In this document: piece by piece, positions 49,644-61,486 of the stretch
How positions within the stretch are numbered: the stretch's first letter is position 1
Layout: every line of letters begins with the position of its first letter
DNA from: Ptychomitrium polyphyllum
Taxonomy: Eukaryota
Length of the DNA: 64,000 nt
Direction of reading: 5' to 3'
NCBI GenBank assembly: GCA_973851085.1
Contig: OZ316775.1
Location: forward strand, 17,980,001-18,044,000
Program-made: the position numbers and the translations under genes
The notes under the pieces: generated by a model
Seen by the model: only the letters and a program-made list of their open reading frames with translations
Databases searched by the model: none
What the model was told of the DNA's origin: nothing

Positions 49644-52600
49644 CTAACCTGGTTTCTGAGGATATCTTTGATGAAATTTGCATATCTTCTCGGACGCATT
49701 TGTTATATTCCTTGAAGGTTCCCATGTTTGGTCATTGATGCCATATCCTTGCCAATGTATAAGGTACTCCATACGTCCATTCTTGATGCGTGAATCTAAG
49801 ATCTCTTCCACTTCATATTCAATTTCATTGTTGATTTCCAGCGGAGGAGGCGGAGGGACAATTTTCTCTGGTATACATGATTTGTTATAGGTTTCCAACA
49901 ACGGTACGTAGAATACTTGATGAATTTGCATGCTTGGTAGTAGCTTTAGGCAATAATTAACCGGATTTATTTGTTTGTTAATTTCAAACAGTCCTAGCCT
50001 TTAATAATCCTACTTCTTTGATGGTCTTTTTGTCTGTATAATTTGTTGTAGGAGCCATACGCTATCTCCAACCTTGAACTTTAAATGGTACTTTCGATGG
50101 CGATCTGCATAAGTAAACAAAATCTGAGGCATTCGCTTCCATATAAAAAGGCTTTGATGGATTTGGATGAATAAGAATTGGAGCCAACGTGAATGATTCT
50201 TAAGACTTTGAAATGTTTTTCCGCCTCTTCATACCAAATGAATTTTTGCTTCCCCGTAAGTTGTGTTAATGGTGCCGCAATCTTGGAATAATTCTTGATG
50301 AATATCTTGTAGAAATTTGCAAATCCCAAGAAGCATTGAACATTTCAAATTGATCTTGGCATATTCCACTCCATGATAGTGCTTATTTTTTTCTTATCCA
50401 TATGGATTCCTCTTTTGGAAATGATGTAGCTTAAAAATTCAACCAAGGATTCATAGAAAAGGCACTTCTCCAGTTTGGCATATACTCCTCGTTGGCGTAA
50501 TTTTTTCTAAGACTAGTCGCTCAAAATATTCGTGGTCTTGTTCATCCTTTGAATATATCAAAATGTCATCTAAGTAGATGACTATAAAATCATCCAGATG
50601 TTCATGGAAGATATCAATCATCATATGTTGAAAGACTGCGAGAGCATTAGTAAGGCCAAAAGGCATGACATTGTATTCAAGATGACCATACCTAGATCAA
50701 AAAGCTGTCTTCCATTCGTCTCATTCTTTGATGCGTACAAAATTGTAGGCTCCTCTAAGATCAATTTTGGTGAATATCTTTGCTTGGCCAAGTTGTTGTA
50801 GGAGTCCTGAGATTAATGATAATGGATAGCGATCCTTTTTTGTTACTTTATTGGGCCTCGATAGTCCACGCACATATGTAATGATCCATATTTCTTCTTT
50901 ACAAATAGAATGGGTGCTCTAGCAGGTGATTTAGAGTGTTGAATGAAACCCTTTCCAAGGTTTTCATCAATATAATCTATCAAGGCAGTCAAGTTGGTTT
51001 GTGATAAGTTATAAATAGGTCCAAAAGGTGGTTGGGCTCCTGCAACTCAATGGTACAATTGTAAGGCTGGGGCTTTGGTAACATGTCTGCATTCTTTTTT
51101 TTAAAAACGTCTTTATAATCTTGATATTGACGAGGTATGTTTCGATTAGTTTGTATTATAGAGCTAGACATTGGTGTGGCATAAATGGCATAGCTTGGTT
51201 CATCCTTTGCTGCTCTTATAAATGCCTTAGCTTCAATAAATGATGATCCAAGATTTTTCGTACCTTGGCGTCTTTTCCTTGAGACCACACTCCGTAAGCG
51301 CCAGTCAATGTCTGAATTATGTAATTCAAACCAAGGAAGGCCCAAAACAATAGGATTCATTCGGCATTGAATGATGTTAAAGATAATCTTAAATGCCTGG
51401 TCTCCCAAAACAACCTCCAAGGGTTGACTTTCTTCAATAACGTTGCCAGACGCCAGAGATTGTCCATCAATAACTTCAACAAGTGCGGGGTATTTTTTGT
51501 TCACAAGCACCATGTAATGTTTGGTTGCAAAGTTCTTGTCCATGAAACATGCCGTTGCACCAGTGCCTAAAAGAGCCTCACTAATTATTTCATCATCTAA
51601 CAATTTAATTTTGATAGGAAATGTAAAAGAAGGTAGGGCTTGAAGGTAGTAAGAGACCTTGATTTGATAGTGGTTTCCTTGTGGTGTCCAGTCGCATGGT
51701 CCCTACTATGACTGGACAGCCTCGTTTTCCAACTCCACCATTGTGCTCTAAGCCTTAAAAGCAGATCTTTTGATTTGGCAATTGCGCACTTTATGTCCAG
51801 ACTTGCCACAATACAAACATAGGTTTTCTCTTCAACGCTTTTTTTTTTCTTCTGGGGTCAAACGTCTAAACTAGGCAGCATCAATTTGCATACGTTTTGG
51901 TCTTTGTGGTCGATTTTCCAATATTCTTAAAGAAGTGGTAGCCATGCTTTGATGTACTGGTCGCCATCTCAAGCGTTGTTTTTGGCGCCTCTCAAATAGT
52001 CTATTGTCAATGCTATTGCTTGAGTGATGAATTCGTCCAATGTTTCAACTCTTAGCATTGTAAGTAGCAAGTCCTTTATATTCTCTCTCAAGCCCCATCG
52101 AAATCGTGTGACCAAGGCTTTATCATTCCAATCAAGGTTGCAAGCTAATTGTCAAAACTCTGCAACATATGTAGCAACTGAGCGCTGTCCTTGTTGGAGA
52201 CTCTGGATCCTTGTTTCAGCCACCCTCTCTTAGTCAGTGTCTCCAAAAGTAGAGGTCAATGCTTCTATAAAAACATTTAAGTTGTTCAATAATGGTGACT
52301 GCTTCTCCATTAGTAGTGCAAACCACGATAGTGCATTGCTTGATAGAAGAGTGGCCACAAATCCCACTTGAGTTGTGCCATCAGGATAGCGAGATTGATG
52401 GAAACTAAGGAAGAATTTTACTTGTTGAACAAAGCCTCTTAATATTGATCTTGATCCATCGAACTTGTCTGGCATGCTAATCTTTGACTCTTTATGGGTT
52501 GAAAGTACGCCTTCCCTTCTAATATTGGCCTCTCGCAATCGAACAACCTCTTGATATAGGCTTTAAATATCACCATTGGATTCTTCAGCTTGCCGAGTAT

Positions 52601-52721
52601 CTTGCTCCAAATTGTTGGAGGTATTAAAACGGGCAAGTTCTGTTCGAACTGTGTTTAATAACTCTTGAAGGTCTGCAATAGTTGCAAACCTATTCTCTGA
52701 TGTTCCAGGCACGTTATCCAT
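49644..52721 (-). pseudogene. Disrupted gag-pol of the family-A element
   Basis: Gag (MPDKFDGSRS..F...ALSWF), knuckle LCLYCGKSGHKVRNC, protease ALLGTGA (D>G) and [31 protein letters not shown] cut off at ~50115, chromodomain YEVEEILDSR..YLIHWQGY...TWEP. Many stops and frameshifts. Confidence 0.94.
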
Positions 52722-52943
52722 TTCTTAAGACTCTCAAAGACAAAAAGACTATGAGTACCTTCAAAGGAGGAAAATCCACGTCCTTTAAAAGAAGTAATAC
52801 TTAGTCCTAGAAGGAGAAACCAATTGTATGGTGTTAGCTTTGAGGAGGGTAATCCGCAACTTCTAAGACACTATGGAATCCCCAAGAAGATAGATAATCC
52901 ACAATCTTCTCCAAAGAACCTTAGCTCTAACAAAGATGAAAAG

Positions 52944-52955
52944 TAGTCTTGCCAA
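52944..52955 (-). other. Self-complementary primer-binding site (non-tRNA)
   Basis: Minus-strand TTGGCAAGACTA, 2 nt from the 5' LTR, is the exact complement of LTR sequence TAGTCTTGCCAA (53102-53091) ~30 nt downstream of the TATA box. Confidence 0.85.
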
Positions 52956-52957
52956 AC

Positions 52958-53518
52958 CGTTAGGGACACAAGAAACAAAAAGCAGAAACGAAGTGTTTCC
53001 CAAGAATTAGCTTCCAAAGAGCTAATGATTAACAAAAACTTGATACAAAGACTAGAACAAGGCAGGATTCAAAATGATCCACAACATGTGTTGGCAAGAC
53101 TAAGGAAGACCTTGTCTTGCCTCCTATTTATACTATGACGTTTGTATCTCCTAGGATACTTCTAAAGAAGCTTCCTACAAGGCTTAAGAATGTTCTAAAA
53201 GTCTAGGGAACTTTCTCAAGAAGTTTCCTAAGATGTTGGAAGCTTCCTAAGAGGCTTCCAAGGAGTTGGAACTTTCCTTGGAAGTTTCCTAAGGTAGCGG
53301 AACCTTCTTAGGAAGTTTCCTAAATGAGTAGAACCTTCCTAGGAAGTTTCCTAAGATGATAGAACCTTCCTAGGAAGTTTTCTAAGGTGGAGGAACTTTT
53401 CTATGAAGCTTCCTAAGAACACGGAAAGACTATGGAGACATCTAAAAGTATTCTAAGAAGCTATTATAGTATACTAGACGGTTTTAAGGACTATATTGCA
53501 TGATCTATGTCCGTGACA
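52958..53518 (-). repeat. Family-A 5' LTR (561 bp)
   Basis: Direct repeat of 48477-48986, TATAAAT on the minus strand at 53132-53126, inner terminus mutated (CGTT instead of TGTT). Confidence 0.94.
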
Positions 53519-53579
53519 CCTACTCCTTATTCTCCAGCTTCGTCTTCTTACCTACTCTTTGTTTTCCAGCTTTATCTTC
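53519..53579. repeat. Right half of the 32-bp minisatellite split by the family-A insertion
   Basis: CCTACTCCTTATTCTCCAG CTTCGTCTTCTTACCTACTCTTTGTTTTCCAG CTTTATCTTC. Confidence 0.82.
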
Positions 53580-55005
53580 ACGCAAAATACACCCGCAAAA
53601 TACACCTTTCCATGGTACTTTACTGAAAAGTGATGCCGATGTTCCGTTGAACCCGAGCCAAGCTTTTTGTTTTGTGTTAGTTTAAAGTGTTTGGAAATAA
53701 TTGAACTGGATGAAAGCTAGGATTTTATGATCATCTCCTTGAGAAGGGAATGCTTTAAAACTAGGTCCATGCAATTAAAAAGGTCTCTTCCTTAAATGAA
53801 AGGTTACAAAGAATTTTGTGGTAGTAATGAAAAAAGGGAGAGTAGATTAGTCACGTACCTAGGAGTTGAAAGGTCACCTTATTAGATGCATTCAACACTA
53901 GAAGCATCTGCCTTTGTCAATTGTTGTTTGAAGTTTCCAAAAAAATATATATATTTACAATTGATACTTTAAGTTGGTGTTTCAATACAAGAGAAAATTT
54001 GTAATAGCAAATCATTCATGAGGCTTAACAAATAAAAATAAAAGTTTCACAAAAGATATTGGAGACTTTAAAAAGTAAAGAATATTTAGAAGTTGTTCAA
54101 ACACACTTCAAAAGTGGAAAAAAATTAAGTAATATTGCAATAATAGATGAAAATAAAGAAAACATCACCACTTTCATATCTATCCGTTTGTAGAATTTAA
54201 AAATGCTTTAAATAAGAATAGCATGACCATTCAATTATGGTTTATTCCTTATAACATTTGAATCCAATTGGCAACTAATATTGATCTAATTTGCATATTT
54301 ATGAAGGATAGTTTTCTATAGTATCTTTTGATGAATTAGTTAAACATCCTAGTATCATACTAAGGTATTATTTCATAGTTTAAAATTGGTTCTAATGAAG
54401 ATTAAGAAACCTACATTTCAAGTCATTAAATTGAATTCATGCTATCATTTTTCCACTGCCACATGCCTTCAATATAATTTATTATTAATTTTAGATTTTA
54501 AAAGGTGAAGTTTAGTGCTTCAATTATTAGAGAATGATATGCCTATAAAAGATGCAAAGTAAGTTAGTCCAATGTCTTGGTATTAAAACTTGTCCACTTT
54601 AGCAAACATTGCAAAAATAACAATAAGTTTGGTTGATAGAAAATAGGAATAATAAAAATCACTTTTTGGAAATTTAAATTTTCAAAGGATATTTTTAAAA
54701 GGTTAAAAATCACTATTAGACAAATGTCCACCTAAACAACAACCAATAATCATTACTTAATGAATAAAAAATCATGCAATCCAATTCAATAATCACCATG
54801 CACCAAACTATCACATACTTTATTTTTATATCTTTATTCGTATACTTTCTTTCCATTAATATTACTCCAAGATTTCATTTGCACCCAATTTCAAATTATT
54901 ACCAGCACTCATCAAACCTAAATCGATGGTGATAAAAATTTGATAATTAATGGTAAATTACATAGTAAATTTGAGTCTTTTAATGGCTGGTAGCCATGGG
55001 TGCCT

Positions 55006-55413
55006 GGTTGTAATGAGTTGTTCTACCTTGATTGTAATGAGTTGTTCTACCTTGGTTGTAACGAGTTGTTCTACCTTGGTTGTAACGAGTTGTTCTACCT
55101 TGGTTGTAACGAGTTGTTCTACCTTGGTTGTAACGAGTTGTTCTACCTTGGTTGTAACGAGTTGTTCTACCTTGGTTGTAACGAGTTGTTCTACCTTGAT
55201 TGTAACGAGTTGTTCTACCTTGATTGTAACGAGTTGTTCTACCTTGATTGTAACGAGTTGTTCTACCTTGGTTGTAACGAGTTGTTCTACCTTGATTGTA
55301 ACGAGTTGTTCTACCTTGGTTGTAACGAGTTGTTCTACCTTGATTGTAACGAGTTGTTCTACCTTGATTGTAACAAGTTGTTCTACCTTGGTTGTAATGA
55401 GTTGTTCTACCTT
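55006..55413. repeat. Minisatellite, 17 x 24 bp
   Basis: Unit G(G/A)TTGTAA(C/T)GAGTTGTTCTACCTT, 408 bp, head-to-tail with no spacers. Confidence 0.97.
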
Positions 55414-58400
55414 GATGCACCAAACCTGTACCACTGATACACGTTACATGTACAGTAACTTATTACAGTACACCTTCTACATTTCAGCATTGCTAAAATG
55501 TACGCCCCTCAAGCTTCAGGAAGGAATTTCACTTTTATATATTTGAATGGTTACTGGATTATGAAATTACTCATAAACGAACTCTATGGTAGGCCACAAA
55601 CTTGCATTAATAATGACTAGGGCCTAATCTTATTAAAGGCAGCTGGATTTTTTTCTATTATTAAATTCTTCTAATAGCAAGAATCCCCCCTGGAAAGCAT
55701 GAAAATTGGAAAGTGTAAGAACTCAGGACACCTGTGGATGGATATTGTTAGCGAAAGAATCATGAAGTATTCAATTTTTAATGTAGTTTGAATAGCTGTT
55801 CGACAGTTTTGACTTTAATCCCAACATCTCATTCACCTTTATCACTGCACCTAATTCAAGGTAAGTTAATGCCAGTTATGGCTGTAATTGTGTTCTCACA
55901 AACTATGCTTTGGTTGATACAGTATAATAATTAAAGATTTAATCCTTGGGAGTGCAAGTGACCATTTTTGATTGTAAAATTGTCAAGAATGCTTATAATT
56001 CGAAAACTGTAATGAATTGGAGCTTAGCATATAGGTTCATATTACTTTGAGTTTTCAAATATATAACATCACAAATTGCATTCAATTCCAATTATTGTAG
56101 GTCTCTCGAAAAAATTCATATATGTATTTTATAATATTAGGGAAAATACTCACTTATGTTCATAATACATTCAAATATCCAAATCATACATTAGAATTAA
56201 TTGTTTAGTTGTACCTTGTTGTATTTCACACTTGAAAATTATTCTATTCTAAAAAAGATGGTATAAGAGAAGGAGAGGTTGCTAGGAATGGGATTAAAAA
56301 AGAGGAGGGAGATTAAGGACCAAAGATGGTTGAATAAAGGAAAGGTAAGAAATCAATTGCTAAGATAAAAACTAAACATAAGAATGCCAAGAAGCTAAAG
56401 TCAAGGACCTCCATAGTCAATAAACAACTTTCATTTTGGCCAATACATTTCCTTTACAAAATTATTTCAATTATATGTCATAAAAGCATTTACATGAATG
56501 GAGCTATGACTATTGCACATAAGCCTTTTAATAAAAGAACTACCAGGTTGTAGCAACATTTGCTACAAATAATAGTTCTAAAGCTTATATAGATAGACAA
56601 GTCAAAAAAACATTGAAGCCATAGCTTCTAATTCTACTCTTATTATTGTATTTGTTTAATTGAAAGCAAAATAATGACAATTTTTAATTTGGATAAATTG
56701 TGAAGTTCAAATAAGCAATATACATATATAATCTTAATAGTGTATATTGCTTCATGTATAGAGCTATGCAAACAAAAATTTCCATTTATATCAATAATTT
56801 CAAATATATTTAATATAGATATTCTTTTATTAAATTAAATTGGCAAATTTTACTTTACATGTTAATTTTTTTATATAAATAATTGAATATCTTCATAACA
56901 AGTGATATGCTAATTTTATTGTAGATTATTCGATTGCCATTTAGACTTTATTTTATTCTAATATTATATGGAAGATTTTTTTAGAATTGAGGACAATACC
57001 AATTCTTTCTATGTGATGTATTTTTATCTTCTTTTTAAGTACATGAATACAACTATGGTCCCTTTCAAACTCAACATATATGTTAGAAACCTAAAGATTT
57101 TGTGCCTTTGACAAAGAACATTGTTTAAATTTGAATGTGCCTTGTGAATGTATAGATGAGAGTTGTAAGGAATTTGCATACATTGACAATGACATTTTGA
57201 AGGACCATTACTTTTTATAAAATATTAGCAATATTACACATATAAAAAAACAAAAGTATTACTATTAATAAAAACTATGGTAATTTGGTAAGAAATGAAG
57301 TACACAATAGAATTTTTTCTTATAATTTATATTGGATGGAAGATTTCAATGAAGGCTAAAATGGGTATTAAAAAAATTATGGTTGAAGATAATCTTTTAT
57401 ATGGGTTGCAAATTTAATGCTACTTAAGCCATCAAAAAGAAGATGGATGACAATATGATTTTATGCTTGAATTTATGCTCTTTAAAAATATGGTTATAAT
57501 TGTTAACCACATTTTAATTATCTTACATATTTAATTAAGTTTTCTCTGTTGTATGGTTTTTGCAATAATTTGTTGCATGTATAAAGATGCAAGTTTTATA
57601 AATATTCCAATCAAAATTGAAAGTGCTAATAAGAACATTTACCATGTAATATTGTTCACAAAAAAACATTAAAAGAGAAGAAGAATTGAAATGAAATTAC
57701 AATACAAATAATAATTTTCATAGTCTAGATTTCTTGATATTTGCTTAAAATTATTTATAATCCAAGTTTATATTAAAATGTGATTAAATTGACATACAAG
57801 GTATTTGACTATATGAAACTTGATGCATCTATTTTTGATAGGAAAGCATACATGTGTAATACAAAAAATATCATATAATAATATTGAATTATAAATATTA
57901 TATAAATATATATAGTATTTTTTTATATATAATAAAATATAAAATTTTAGGCTTAAACAAGGTCTTAATGAATCAAATTTTTAAGTTTATTGTAGAAAGA
58001 CAATATAGAACAGTAAGATTCTATAAGTTTTTTTAGAGTATTTGGTTCTTTATAGTATATTTTGTCATACATACATTCTTCAAGATTGATTATTTTTTTT
58101 GAGTTAATGTAAAACCACATTTACATATTTATAATCATTATGACTTATCCAACATCCAAATTAGAAAGAAAGAGGAAGAAAGTATACATTTGTAATATGG
58201 AAATATTACATCATTGTGCAATGATAGTAATGAATTTGAGTTTCTCTAACTTTAAGCAATCTTTTTACAACAGCCTTTGAATTATCACATTCCTTTTTGC
58301 TGTGGATTGGCTAAAAGAAGTTCAGATGCATCTTAAATCATGTAATGAGCATAATGTAGTGGTGCAAAAAATACATGCTATAATGCATTTTAACAATACA

Positions 58401-60695
58401 TTGCATCCATTATTCTAAATCCAATCTTCTTATAAAACAAATCCAAAATCAACCACCTTAATCCAATGTAAAAATAAGTAATATTGAACAAATAAAAAAT
58501 TATACAACTCATTGTCTAAAATGTAAAAGTACATTTATTCCATAGGCTCATTTTTTTCATTATACAAAATAATGTAAACCAAGATGGTCACACTTGTATT
58601 AATATAATACTTGCTTTATATGTTGTTCCAAATTGCAAATTATAATTCTTTGCATATTCATTATATAAAAAATTACATCTTAAATTTTTCTTTTTATTGC
58701 AAGTTGGCCTTGTTCATTTTTCCAACATATATGAAGTTGTGTGCAAGAAATTTAATTACAACTTTTTTATGTATAATAAGAATTCATATTCACTTGTTTT
58801 TTGGAAAGCATTCTTGATGTATTCCTAAGCTTGCTAGTTTTTGCATCCACTTCCACTTGGCATTATTTAAAACACTTATATTTTAAAGTGGAGGAATTAT
58901 AGTTGAACAATTTAAGTAGATAGTAAGTAAAAAAATACTAAAACAAGAGTAATCTTCCATGAAATTTCAAATCTAATGCCATATCAAACTTGCATTTAGA
59001 ATATACACAAAGCCTTCCATAGTGAGGTGGTTTATTCAAAACATTAAGTAGAGTGAGACATTTCTACTATTTAAGATACTAAACACATTTATAGAAAGAT
59101 ATTAATTGTATCACCAAGGACAAAGGGGTACAAGAGTGCCTTTTGGGGAGTCGTCAATGGTATTGCATTTGCCTAGATAGGAATCAGGATTTCCCTTACT
59201 TTGACATTCAGGTTTTTGAAATGTATCCCCAGTAATACTTTGATTATTTTGTGTGTAACAAAGGGAGCCCAAGTCAATGGGATGAGAGAGCAGGTTTGAC
59301 TATGTGTCAGTGGATTGAAGTAGGACCTACTGGGCTTCTGGACAAGAAGAAGGCTTTGTATCAACTCAGACATTGTTTATAAGATCCACAAGAAAAATAC
59401 GAAGTGCAACCACGCAAAACTTACTGCAGAACAGAGTCTCTTGCCTCAAGCTCACTTGTTGTCCACATGGAACTTACAACATTTTGCAGCATTCAGCAGA
59501 AGAAGAGTGGACTGGAGAGGGGAGAATGAAGGTGAGGATGTGGAAATCCAACAATTTGAAAAAACGCACTTCAACATTCTTTTTGATGGAATAATGAATT
59601 TGAACAGCAGTAACGAAATAAAGCTGCTATTAGTATCAGTCACTTTGACCATTCACGCCAGTATTTCAGACAAATAGATTATCAATGCGTTATTTTCAAA
59701 TTAAGTTAAACAATAGAGCTTATTCTTGGTCCTTTCCACCCCCTTAATTTGGAGTCCTTCAAACGGACTCTGCCTACTGCAGCACCAAAATTTTGGTTGG
59801 GAGACCATAGCCTCTATATAAAGCAACCTACCTTTCCTCTCCATTAGAGGGCCCTATTTCAAGAATATACATCTAAACTGGATATAACAGCACAAAAAAC
59901 ACATAGGCACTAATGAGCTAGTTACAGATGCTCTGTCCAAACAATAAATCTGATCTTTCTAAGAGGTGTTCATCCGCGCATGACGTATCAGTTGCTATAT
60001 ATGACGCACACGAACCTCCGAAAACTAAGAACCTCCTAAAACTAAGAACCTCCTGACACTATACCCCTCCGGAAACTCGGAACAAGCAGACCTTTGACCA
60101 CGGGAGCCTTGGGAACGCTAAAGTATGAAACTACGTTCCCAATAGCATGTAAACATTCACTGCACCGCATAACTATGAACAACCCCGCCGCCACCCTTTC
60201 GCAACGACCCAGCCTGACGACATAAACTCCACGCCGCCCCGGTCCCTCGCTAACCACCTCCCGCCTGTCGATCTACCTGTTGATGCATACCCCAAACCGT
60301 CACTGAACACAAAACCGCCATTCTCCCATGAGCCTACATTAGAATTCATGAAGGTTAGTGCACCTTCAAACATGCTGGCTACAGAAAGCATGACATACAC
60401 TAACCAACACGATTTACCAGCCCACTAATATCACTTTTAAGTTATTCCTTTATAACCTACGTATCAACTATAGAGCCATGCCAAATGCATTCGATTCCGG
60501 ATCTCGTTTATACTGAAATACTCTATTATCTACCTAAAGTGTGCGGGTGGATGACGTCGGTTCTGGGCATTGTGAGGCTTTTAGGTGCACACCCCTGAAG
60601 CCGACTGGCATCTGGTCGGATGGACTCCGAAGTGTTTAACCGTGCTCCGGCGACGGGCTCATCGCCCGGCAATCCAGAAATCACGGGTTCGGGTT

Positions 60696-60725
60696 TTTGA
60701 AACCGGCTCAACGGTCGTTCGAATT
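60696..60725 (+). promoter_or_regulatory. Putative cell-cycle promoter module of the kinesin gene (MSA-like AACGG flanked by TTYGAA)
   Basis: TTTGAA (60696-60701), CTCAACGGTC (60707-60716) and TTCGAA (60718-60723), just upstream of the CT-rich leader. Short motifs, so weak evidence. Confidence 0.4.
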
Positions 60726-61486
60726 CTACTTTGCAGTCCTTTCCGGCTACGCTTCTTCATTCAGCAGTTTCTCTTCTCTTCTAATTAGTGTAGCGCGCTA
60801 GGAATCCATTCACTTTTAATCGGCAGGGGACCGAGGATTAGCTAGCTCCGCTGCAGACCGAGGGTTTGCAAGCTCTACTGCAGCCTTGCAGGTTCTTCTT
60901 CACCGTCCCCTTCGTCATCTTCTTGCCCTTCCATGCAGTTCATCAGTCATTGCGCTCTTTCTTCTGGGGAATGTCTCGTGGCCGTTTGCTACTCTGATGT
61001 GATCGCCTTTATCAGGATCTTGTTTTCAGGATTTCTCACGAGGAATTGGATCACTTGTGGAATGTAGCTTGTTGTAGCTCGAAGCGCTTGCAGTGTTTTT
61101 CAACTCTGTTTGGATTGAGCCTTTGCAGTGAGCATTTGCATTGAGCGCTTGTGTTGATATTTGTAGTCATTGGCGTTTTGTGTTGTGGTGCGTCGGTTGA
61201 GGATGGCGGTGAATGGACCGCGTTTTCTTGCAGGTTATCGGATTAGTTTTGTAGAGCATTGGAGATCTGGATGCAGAGTGGCGGAGATCTGGATGCAGAG
61301 TGGCGGGGTTGAATAAGGAGTTGCGGTGAAACGCGGTAGTCTAAGAAGAGCATTGGCCTTCAGAATTTTGTTGCTGTTGCAGTAGTGGAGCACAAAGTTT
61401 TTGTGGCTTGTTTCGCAGATCAGTGTGGATTGAGGAAGTTCCGGCTTTCAGACGAGCTGGTAGATCAGACAAAGAGAGCTTGGAAG

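Larger units (their letters stand above)
48477..53518 (-). mobile_element. Family-A Ty3/gypsy chromovirus (Tcn1/Tf1-like), internally deleted and non-autonomous (5.0 kb)
   Basis: LTRs 48477-48986 and 52958-53518, near-TSD CATAC/CCTAC, PPT at 48987-49000, gag-PR-RT plus chromodomain remnants. RNase H and integrase cores are missing. Confidence 0.95.

Noticed and set aside
54950..55546. Four long repetitive ORFs (145-198 aa) on both strands, and a superficial CRISPR-like look
   Set aside because: These are by-products of a stop-free 24-bp unit. Repeats are head-to-tail without unique spacers, there are no cas genes, and the context is eukaryotic.
56547..56752. Short hairpins (TTGTAGCAA-cat-TTGCTACAA; AAGCAATATACA...TGTATATTGCTT)
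   Set aside because: AT-rich stems of 9-12 bp are expected by chance here, with no Helitron CTRR end or TIR/TSD context.
59100..59600. Moderately GC-rich, coding-like stretch
   Set aside because: All frames are interrupted and I recognise no domain, so it cannot be supported as a gene or pseudogene.
61259..61305. 22-bp direct duplication in the kinesin leader (similar short duplications at ~17261-17296, ~40935-40986, ~60021-60054)
   Set aside because: Common slippage duplications with no further structure.
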